Positions 22,933 to 30,694 of a stretch of 64,000 nucleotides of DNA are shown here, piece by piece. The notes under the pieces were generated by a model. The model had not been told where the DNA came from. It ran no database searches and saw nothing but the letters and a program-made list of their open reading frames with translations. Position 1 is the stretch's first letter, and each line of letters starts with the position of its first letter. Position numbers and translations under genes: made by a program. Origin of the DNA: an uncultured Verrucomicrobiae bacterium (GTDB taxonomy: Bacteria > Verrucomicrobiota > Verrucomicrobiia > Limisphaerales > Palsa-1400). The stretch lies in contig OY969763.1 of the NCBI GenBank assembly GCA_963702845.1, positions 5,472,001-5,536,000 of the forward strand, in the 5' to 3' direction.

Positions 22933-22999
22933 CGCGTGCTTTGGCGGCCTTGCAGGAGGACGCTTAAGTCCGTGAACCAAACTAAAAAACAACCTGCAA
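22933..22999 (+). ncRNA. Candidate leader pseudoknot, GH25 copy 2
   Basis: TTGCAGG (22950-22956) complementary to CCTGCAA (22993-22999). Confidence 0.55.
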
Positions 23000-23020
23000 T
23001 GACGGAAAGATAACAATAAA

Positions 23021-23785
23021 ATGAAACGCAGTACTCTAGTTACATACGCACTTGGCATTGTTGCCTCCGCAGCCCTTCTCGGTGCTACGGAAGTTCGCGC
23101 TAACAACACGACCCACAGCCTTCTCGGCATCGACGTCTCCAGCTATCAAGGTTTCATCACCTGGAGCAGCGTCAAAGGTGACGGCGTTGAGTTCGCATTC
23201 GCCCGCGCCACTGAAGGAACCGCCAGCAACGACTCGGATTTCTCCGGAAACATGACCCGCGGCAAAAGCGCTGGTGTGAAGATGGGCGCTTATCACTTCG
23301 CCTATCCAGCCGAAGGGTGCCCCAGCGTGCAGGCCAATCACTTCTGGTCTATCGCCGGCGGCAAAATCACCGCTGACGGCAAATCAGTCATGCCGATGGT
23401 GGATTGCGAAGAATTCACTGGTGTTGGCTGCTCCGAAGGCACCTACACCACCTGGTACAATGATTGGGCAACAGACCTCAAGACTCATTCTTCTGGCCTG
23501 CGTCCTGTCATCTATGTCAGCGCCTGCAATGCGTCTCACTTGACCACCGGCATCGCGGACTTGGGTGCATGGATTGCCGACTACAATGGCGGCAACCTGT
23601 ATACCGGCAACCCATGGACCACCTGCTGTGGTGACTGCCGCTGGGGTTCCACCTCCTGCAACAACAACACCTGGACCTACTGGCAGGTCAGCTCCACTGG
23701 AGCGATCAGCGGTATCTCCGGCAACGTCGACCTCGATGCCTACAATGGCACCTTGGCTGACTTGACGTCCTGGCAGGGTGTGTAA
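23021..23785 (+). CDS. Secreted GH25 muramidase copy 2
   Basis: GIDVS, ARATEG, GAYHF, MVDCEE, YWQ.SS.G...GISGNVDLD. Confidence 0.9.
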   Translation: MKRSTLVTYALGIVASAALLGATEVRANNTTHSLLGIDVSSYQGFITWSSVKGDGVEFAFARATEGTASNDSDFSGNMTRGKSAGVKMGAYHFAYPAEGCPSVQANHFWSIAGGKITADGKSVMPMVDCEEFTGVGCSEGTYTTWYNDWATDLKTHSSGLRPVIYVSACNASHLTTGIADLGAWIADYNGGNLYTGNPWTTCCGDCRWGSTSCNNNTWTYWQVSSTGAISGISGNVDLDAYNGTLADLTSWQGV

Positions 23786-23810
23786 TCCTGACCTGACTGT
23801 TTGTTAATTC

Positions 23811-23843
23811 AACCCGCGCGGATGAAAGTCCGCGCGGGTTTTT
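23811..23843 (+). terminator. Terminator after GH25 copy 2
   Basis: AACCCGCGCGGA...TCCGCGCGGGTTTTT. Confidence 0.8.
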
Positions 23844-24164
23844 ACATTCCTATCAGATTTTCGTCGACAGCCCATGTCAACAGAACCGCTACAAATCACG
23901 TTCTTTCTCACGCTCAATGAGCGTGATGTTCTTTCTCGAAAGCAGTATCAGGTTTCACCGCGAATTATTGTCAATTTAAGTTCGACACACCAATTACGCT
24001 TTTTGCTGAGTAGCGAATCCGCATAGACCTGATTGTTCCTCGGAACGGAAAAGTCCATTGTCTTGCCCGTTACCCGAGCGATAAAAAAGCACTGAACCCA
24101 CCAGCGCTCCTCCAGCGGTCCATTCGCGTGGATCTCAGTCTGATTTGAATTTGAGTCCAGAGTG

Positions 24165-24224
24165 CGTGTTCTGTACGGCGCGCAGGAAGACGTTACAGAA
24201 CACGATAAAACAAAAAAATCCTGC
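24165..24224 (+). ncRNA. Candidate leader pseudoknot, GH25 copy 3
   Basis: 11-bp stem CGTGTTCTGTA/TACAGAACACG; GCAGGA (24182-24187) complementary to TCCTGC (24219-24224). Confidence 0.6.
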
Positions 24225-24242
24225 AATGACGGAAACCACTAA

Positions 24243-25004
24243 ATGAAACGTAATCTAATACAAAAGATCCTCGGCATCTGTGCGGCTGCAACACTGCTCG
24301 GAACCACCGGCGCTCGCGCCAATAACACCACCCACAGCCTCCTCGGCGTGGACGTTTCGAGCTATCAAGGCTCAATCAACTGGAGCAGTGTTTACGGTGA
24401 CGGCGTCCGCTTCGCGTCTGCCAAAGCCACCGAGAGCACCGGTTACACCGATGCCTATTTCGCTGGCAACATGAACAACGGCAAAGCCGCAGGCTTGCAG
24501 ATGTGTGCATACCACTTCGCCCATCCTGAATCCACCTGTCCAAGTGCACAAGTGAACCACTTCTGGTCTGTCGCCGGCAGCAAGATCACCGCAGACGGCA
24601 AATCGGTTTATCCGATGGTCGACTGCGAAGTCTTCAGCGGCGTCACCTGCAGTGAAGGCACCTACACCACGTGGTACAACGACTACTCCACTGACCTGAA
24701 GGCCAAGACGGCCAACTTCCTGCACCCGGTCATCTACGTCAGCGCCTGCGCTGCCAGCCACCTGAGCACCGCGATCACGCTCTCGGCCTGGATCGCCGAC
24801 TACAACGGCGAGAACCTCTACACCGGTAATCCTTGGACCACCTGCTGCGGCGACGACCGTTGGGGTTCCACCTCCTGCAACGCCAACACCTGGACCTACT
24901 GGCAAGTCAGCAGCACCGGCGCTATCAGCGGCATCTCCGGCAACGTTGACCTCGATGCCTACAACGGCACCTTGGCTGACTTGATCTCGTGGCAAGGAGT
25001 GTAA
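24243..25004 (+). CDS. Secreted GH25 muramidase copy 3
   Basis: Same GH25 motifs (GVDVS, KATE, AYHF, DCE, VDLD). Confidence 0.9.
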   Translation: MKRNLIQKILGICAAATLLGTTGARANNTTHSLLGVDVSSYQGSINWSSVYGDGVRFASAKATESTGYTDAYFAGNMNNGKAAGLQMCAYHFAHPESTCPSAQVNHFWSVAGSKITADGKSVYPMVDCEVFSGVTCSEGTYTTWYNDYSTDLKAKTANFLHPVIYVSACAASHLSTAITLSAWIADYNGENLYTGNPWTTCCGDDRWGSTSCNANTWTYWQVSSTGAISGISGNVDLDAYNGTLADLISWQGV

Positions 25005-25028
25005 TCTGATCTGAGTTTGTTATACTGC

Positions 25029-25059
25029 ACCCGCGCGGACGCAAGTTCGCGCGGGTTTT
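25029..25059 (+). terminator. Terminator after GH25 copy 3
   Basis: ACCCGCGCGGAC-GCAA-GTTCGCGCGGGTTTT. Confidence 0.8.
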
Positions 25060-25225
25060 CTCTTTTCGGAAGGCCGGCTGAACACCATGTCAAATTTAAC
25101 ACGACACAGCACCTCAGCCTTTTGCTCACCGCCGAACCGGCTGATGCCTGATTGTTTGATTGTACCACAAAGTCCAAAGTGGGCTGTTCCCAAAACCTAA
25201 CGCCGGCAAACGATTGTCGTTCGCC

Positions 25226-25282
25226 CGAAGTTTGTCTCTGGTTGCAGACTGGACAAAGTTCGCCTACTAAAAGCACCTGCAA
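25226..25282 (+). ncRNA. Candidate leader pseudoknot, GH25 copy 4
   Basis: Stem CGAAGTTTGTC/GACAAAGTTCG; TTGCAG (25242-25247) complementary to CTGCAA (25277-25282). Confidence 0.6.
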
Positions 25283-25302
25283 AAAAGCAAAAAACAAAAA
25301 GC

Positions 25303-26052
25303 ATGAAAACCACTAAATTACTCCTTGCTGCGCTCGCGTTGTCCCTCGGGGCTACTCTGGCGCAAGCTAACAATACGACTCACAGTCTCCTCGGAATCGA
25401 CGTGTCGCACTATCAAGGCGGCATCACCTGGAGCAGTGTTTACGGCGACGGCGTCCGTTATACCTTTGCCAAAGCTGTCGAAGGCACCGGTTATACCGAC
25501 CCTAACTTCAGCTCTTACGCCAGCGGTGCTAAAGCAGCTGGTTTGAAGTTTGGCGCCTATGACTTCTGCCATCCAGAATCCGGCTGCCCAAGTGCCGAAG
25601 TCAACCACTTCTGGTCGGTTGCTGGTGGCAAGATCACCGCTGACGGCAAGTCCCTCTATCCGATGCTCGACTTGGAAGTGTTCTCCGGTGTTGCTTGCGG
25701 TGAAGGCACCTACACCGGATGGTCCAACGACTGGTCAACCGATGTCAAAGCGAAGACCGGCAACTTCCTGCATCCGGTTATCTATATCAGCGCATGCAAT
25801 TGCTCCCACCTGAGCACTGCTATCACGCTGTCTGCCTGGATTGCGGACTACAACGGCCAGAACCTCTACACCGGTAACCCGTGGAGCACCTGCTGCAGCT
25901 ACGACCGTTGGGGCTCCACCGCCTGCAATGCCAACACATGGACCTACTGGCAGGTCAGCTCGACCGGTCGCATCAGCGGCATCTCCGGCAACGTTGACCT
26001 CGATGCCTACAACGGCACCTTGGCTGAATTAACGTCCTGGCAAGGTGTTTAG
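25303..26052 (+). CDS. Secreted GH25 muramidase copy 4
   Basis: GIDVSHYQG, KAVEG, MLDLE, VDLD. Confidence 0.9.
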   Translation: MKTTKLLLAALALSLGATLAQANNTTHSLLGIDVSHYQGGITWSSVYGDGVRYTFAKAVEGTGYTDPNFSSYASGAKAAGLKFGAYDFCHPESGCPSAEVNHFWSVAGGKITADGKSLYPMLDLEVFSGVACGEGTYTGWSNDWSTDVKAKTGNFLHPVIYISACNCSHLSTAITLSAWIADYNGQNLYTGNPWSTCCSYDRWGSTACNANTWTYWQVSSTGRISGISGNVDLDAYNGTLAELTSWQGV

Positions 26053-26082
26053 TCTGGCAACCTGAAGCTGTTCCTATACTGC

Positions 26083-26115
26083 AACCCGCGCGGGTGAAAA
26101 CTCGCGCGGGTTTTT
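26083..26115 (+). terminator. Terminator after GH25 copy 4
   Basis: AACCCGCGCGGGT...ACTCGCGCGGGTTTTT. Confidence 0.8.
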
Positions 26116-26281
26116 ACGTATTCAAAACGTGCTTATCGCACTGTCGATAACAACGTGACAGGGCAGTTCAGCTTATTACTGACTGCTGAATCGACTGACG
26201 CCTGATTGTATATTTTACAGCAAGGCTCAGAGTCGCACTGTTCCAAAAAAAACCAACGTCGGCAAACTATTGTCGTTTGCC

Positions 26282-26340
26282 CGAAGTTTGTCTCTGGTTG
26301 CAGACTGGACAAATTTCGCCTCACTAAAAAGTAACTGCAA
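26282..26340 (+). ncRNA. Candidate leader pseudoknot, GH25 copy 5
   Basis: Stem CGAAGTTTGTC/GACAAATTTCG; TTGCAG (26298-26303) complementary to CTGCAA (26335-26340). Confidence 0.6.
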
Positions 26341-26358
26341 TTAAGCAAAAAACAGAAA

Positions 26359-27123
26359 ATGAAACGCACTACTCTAGTCCAAAATGCCCTTGGCATCGTC
26401 GTCGTCGCCGCCCTCACCTTGGGCGCGACCTCCCTCCGAGCTAACAATACCACGCACAGCCTCTTGGGCGTGGACGTCTCAAGCTATCAAGGCTCCATCA
26501 CCTGGAGCAGCGTCTACGGTGATGGCGTCCGTTTCGCGTCTGCCAAAGCCACCGAAAGCACCGGTTATACCGATGCTTATTTCTCCGGCAACATGAACAA
26601 CGGCAAAGCCGCCGGTTTGCAAATGTGCGCGTATCACTTCGCCCATCCCGAATCCACCTGCCCAAGCGCGCAAGTGAATCACTTCTGGGCAGTCGCCGGT
26701 AGTAAAATCACTGCGGACGGCAAGTCGATCTACCCGATGGTTGATTGCGAAGTCTTCAGCGGCGTGACCTGCGGTGAAGGCACATACAATACCTGGTACA
26801 ATGACTATGCTGCCGATCTCAAAGGCAAAACCTCATTGTTCCTGCACCCAGTCCTCTACACCAGCGCGTGCAGTGCCTGCCATCTGAGCAGCGCCACCAC
26901 GCTCTCGGCTTGGATCGCGGACTACAACGGCCAGAACCTCTACACTGGTAACCCTTGGACGACGTGCTGCTCCTGTAACGTCTGGGGCGGCGGTTGCAAT
27001 GCCAACACCTGGACCTACTGGCAGGTTAGCAGCACCGGTGCCATCAGCGGCATCTCCGGTAACGTCGACCTCGATGCCTATAACGGCACCTTGGCTGAAT
27101 TGGTGTCCTGGCAGGGTGTCTAA
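26359..27123 (+). CDS. Secreted GH25 muramidase copy 5
   Basis: Same GH25 motifs. Confidence 0.9.
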   Translation: MKRTTLVQNALGIVVVAALTLGATSLRANNTTHSLLGVDVSSYQGSITWSSVYGDGVRFASAKATESTGYTDAYFSGNMNNGKAAGLQMCAYHFAHPESTCPSAQVNHFWAVAGSKITADGKSIYPMVDCEVFSGVTCGEGTYNTWYNDYAADLKGKTSLFLHPVLYTSACSACHLSSATTLSAWIADYNGQNLYTGNPWTTCCSCNVWGGGCNANTWTYWQVSSTGAISGISGNVDLDAYNGTLAELVSWQGV

Positions 27124-27153
27124 TCCTTCCCTGACTACATTTCAAAACTGCAC

Positions 27154-27183
27154 CCCGCGCGAAGCAACACTCGCGCGGGTTTT
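27154..27183 (+). terminator. Terminator after GH25 copy 5
   Basis: CCCGCGCGA...TCGCGCGGGTTTT. Confidence 0.75.
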
Positions 27184-27313
27184 CATTTTTGCACTGTCAA
27201 GCGAACCATTACTTGTATGTCAATAATACATCTACACGCCAAATCGGGGTTTGCCTGATTGTGGTTTTGTGGGAAATGTAGAAACTCACCTCGTTCCCAA
27301 CACGAGTCCAGAG

Positions 27314-27380
27314 CGCGTGTTTCATTTTGCTTGCAGGAGCGATTTGAAAATCCGTGAAGTAAATCAGTAAATCTCCTGCA
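27314..27380 (+). ncRNA. Candidate leader pseudoknot, GH25 copy 6
   Basis: TGCAGGAG (27332-27339) complementary to CTCCTGCA (27373-27380). Confidence 0.55.
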
Positions 27381-27398
27381 TTGACCGAAAGTAGTATA

Positions 27399-28166
27399 AT
27401 GAAACGCAGTAATCTGATCAAAAACGTACTTGGACTAGTAGCTGGCGTCGCCCTCCTGGGGGCTTCGGAAGCACGCGCAAACAATACCACCCACAGCCTT
27501 CTCGGCATTGACGTCTCCAGTTTTCAAGGTTTCGTCACCTGGAGCAGCGTCAATGGTGATGGCGTTGCCTTCGCGTTCGCTCGCGCTACTGAAGGAACCG
27601 CGAGCAATGATTCCGATTTCTCCGGAAACATGACCCGAGGTAAAAGCGCAGGCGTGAAAATGGGCGCTTATCACTTCGCCTATCCAGCCGAAGGCTGCCC
27701 CTCAGTCCAAGCCAGTCACTTCTGGACTCAAGCCGGTAGCAAAATCACGGCTGATGGCAAGTCGCTCATGCCGATGGTTGACTGTGAAGAGTTCACTGGT
27801 ATCGGCTGCTCTGAAGGCACCTACACCACCTGGTACAATGATTGGGCCGCAGACCTCAAGACCCACACGACCTTGACCCTGCGTCCAGTTATTTATGTCA
27901 GCGCCTGCAATGCCTCGTTTTTGACTACCGGCATCTCGGGTTTGGGCGCTTGGATCGCCGATTACAATGGCCAAAACCTCTACACCGGCAACCCATGGAG
28001 CACCTGCTGCGGCGACGACCGTTGGGGTTCCACCTCCTGCAATGCCAACACCTGGACCTACTGGCAGGTTAGCAGCACGGGTGCCATCAGCGGCATCTCC
28101 GGTAACGTCGATCTCGATGCCTATAACGGCACCTTGGCTGATTTGACCTCCTGGCAAGGTGTGTAA
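27399..28166 (+). CDS. Secreted GH25 muramidase copy 6
   Basis: MKRS signal peptide as in copy 2; same GH25 motifs. Confidence 0.9.
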   Translation: MKRSNLIKNVLGLVAGVALLGASEARANNTTHSLLGIDVSSFQGFVTWSSVNGDGVAFAFARATEGTASNDSDFSGNMTRGKSAGVKMGAYHFAYPAEGCPSVQASHFWTQAGSKITADGKSLMPMVDCEEFTGIGCSEGTYTTWYNDWAADLKTHTTLTLRPVIYVSACNASFLTTGISGLGAWIADYNGQNLYTGNPWSTCCGDDRWGSTSCNANTWTYWQVSSTGAISGISGNVDLDAYNGTLADLTSWQGV

Positions 28167-28223
28167 GAAACAGTTTGAAGCGTCTGTTCTAATATAAAGC
28201 GTTAGGACAAGCGTCGGATTCAT

Positions 28224-28259
28224 AACCCGCGCGAGTTTTAAAATTCGCGCGGGTTTTTT
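28224..28259 (+). terminator. Terminator after GH25 copy 6
   Basis: AACCCGCGCGAGTTTTAAAATTCGCGCGGGTTTTTT. Confidence 0.85.
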
Positions 28260-28340
28260 GTGAAAATATTATCTAAAAATTTGAGAAAAATATCGCCTTA
28301 AGTGGTCTATCCGATAAACTAAAAACACATCACCGGCCCC

Positions 28341-29311
28341 ATGAAAAGTGTCCGCTATTAGCAATTTTCGTCCTGAATTCAGTTTTGATTTCGGCCTTGC
28401 TGATCCGCTTGGACCCGAATGCGCCGGTTAAACCGCCGCCTACGCCACCGAAACCTGATCGCGAGAAGACGAGTTATGCGATCGGCATGAATCTCGGCCT
28501 GCAGCGCAAACAGGCCAAGTCCGACGCCGATATCGAAGCCTTCGCCAAAGGGCTGAAGGAAACTTTTCGAAAATAAACCGACCGAGATTCCTTTCACCGA
28601 CACGATGCAGGCCATCAATGCCATGCGCACACAGCGGCACCAACGCCACCGCGCAGGAGAAGCGAATGTTTGCTTACGCCATGGGCATGCGCTGGGGCAA
28701 TCAACTTGAAAGGAAAATGCTCCCGATTGTGATACCGCTGTTGTTGTTCGGCCATAAAAGATGTCGCTGACGGCAAGCCGACTAAGATCAAGGAAGCCGA
28801 AATGCAACCTTTGCTCGAACAGGGCCGGGAGTGGTCTCTTTATATCAAAGGCGCAAAAAATCGTGAGGCAGGCGCGGCTTTTCTGGCTGCGAATGTCCAA
28901 GCAACCCGGCGTGCACAATCTCCCCGATGGCTTGCAATATCGAGTCATCAAAGAAGGCACCGGCCGGGCGGCCAGCACCCTTGGATGAACACGAAGTCCT
29001 CTTTATCAGATACAAAGGAACATTCATTGATGGTCGTGAATTTGATCATCATAACCATTTCCCGAAAAATCTCCTCGGTGGCTGGCCTGCCTGGCTTGAA
29101 GCCCTCAAACGCATGAAAGTTGGCGACAAATGGCAGGTTTATTCTCCGCCCGAGTATTCATTTGGCCGCGACGGCGACCCGTCTCGTCAATGTCGGTCCG
29201 GATACCACAGTCGTTTGGGATTTGGAAATTCGCGAAATCGTTGGTGACGATGATCCACGCTTGGGCACCGGCCGGCTCGGTCACGGTATTGCCGGACGCG
29301 ACAATCCGTAA
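28341..29311 (+). CDS. FKBP-type peptidyl-prolyl isomerase, multiply frameshifted (error-ridden CDS or pseudogene)
   Basis: Fragments KTSYAIGMNLG, LPDGLQYRVIKEGTG, YKGTFIDGREFD, EALKRMKVGDKW in different frames. Confidence 0.75.
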
Positions 29312-29397
29312 ATCGAGGTGAAAGAGTGAAGTGAAGCTGTATCCGTAAATCTACCAATTGTCGCTCTCCAATCTCATTCTGACTCACTCCTGCAGCC

Positions 29398-30393
29398 ATG
29401 ATCAAAGTTGAAAATCTCACCAAAGCGTTCGGCGCGAAAGTCGCCGTTAACAACGTCTCTTTTACCGTCGAGCGTGGTGAAGTGCTGGGATTTCTTGGCC
29501 CTAACGGCGCCGGCAAATCCACCACCATGCGCATGATCACCGGCTTTATCCCGCCGACTGATGGAAAAGTTTCCGTCGGTGGACACGACGTGGTTGAAAA
29601 TCCGATCGCCGCAAAGAAGCTCATCGGTTATTTGCCTGAAGCCGCGCCCGGTTTATGTCGACATGACGGTGAAAAGTTTTCTTACTTTCTGCGCCGAACT
29701 CAGCGGCATGCGCGGCGATGCGTTCAAGAGAGCTGTCAATCGCGCCGTCGAACTCTGCTTCCTCGAACCGGTCCTTTATCAAAGTGTCGACACACTGTCC
29801 AAAGGCTATCGCCATCGCACTTGTCTCGCGCAGTCCATCGTTCATGACCCGCCGGTCCTCGTCATGGACGAACCGACCGACGGACTTGACCCGAATCAAA
29901 AGCACGAAATCCGCACTCTCATTCGCGGATGGGTGAAAACAAAGCGATCATTTTCTCCACTCACATTCTGGAAGAAGTCGAAGCCGTTTGTTCGCGCGCC
30001 ATCATCATCGATCGCGGCCAGATTGTTGCCTCCGGAACCCCTGAAGAATTGAAGCGTCGCTCCGAACTCGGTGGTGCGGTCCGTATTTCCGTTCGCGGTA
30101 TCACCGCCCCGCAATTCGCCGACCGCCTCTCGGCCATGCCTCAAGTGCGCAAAGTCGCTGTCCTCGCCGGGAAAAACGGTGACGCCACCGTCCGCGTCTA
30201 TCCGCAGGACGGAATCGGCAAAGATCTCAACGGCGATTTTGTTCGCGGCTTGCTTGAAGCTTCGAGCTGCTGGCAAGTCCTCGATGTTCGCACCGAAGAA
30301 GGCCGTCTGGACGAAGTCTTCCGCAACCTCACGTGGTCCGACACGGTAAGAAAACCGAGCCGGCCGCGGCCGTCGCTGCTTAATAGAAACTGA
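29398..30393 (+). CDS. ABC transporter ATPase, GldA-like (frameshifted)
   Basis: GPNGAGKSTTMR, LSKGYR, MDEPTDGLDPNQ, STHILEEV. Confidence 0.85.
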
Positions 30394-30540
30394 ATCCGCT
30401 AAGAAGACCGCCCCATTTCTGCAAAACTAAGCATGATGCATAAATCGACATCGCGACAAATCGTAGCGCAGGCGAGGCCGACGTCGGCTTTCTAACCTGC
30501 GTCGCGTCGTTGCGCCTTCAGTCGTCGAATTTCTGCGGAT

Positions 30541-30633
30541 GCTACTGCAAACGGGTGCAATTTCTGATGATTTTGCACCAATTGCACCAGTCGCACTACT
30601 TGCACCAGTTGCAGTAGTTTTTTTCCCGTTTTT
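30541..30633 (+). repeat. CTACTGC...GCAGTAG element, copy A (five 9-nt units followed by T-tract)
   Basis: TTGCACCAA TTGCACCAG TCGCACTAC TTGCACCAG TTGCAGTAG TTTTTTT; similar to 59803-60016 on the minus strand. Confidence 0.75.
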
Positions 30634-30694
30634 GAAACCGCACGCACGCGTCGTTCCCTCAACATTTAACCAAATCACCTCTCTTTCTCCGAAA

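Noticed and set aside
25204..25225. c-di-GMP-I riboswitch or sigma54 promoter suggested by GGCAAAC...TTG (also at ~26260)
   Set aside because: No GNRA/tetraloop-receptor architecture, and the GG-to-GC spacing does not fit -24/-12
21986..28166. Prophage lysis module
   Set aside because: No holin, spanin, structural or integrase genes; all copies carry Sec-type signal peptides and their own terminators
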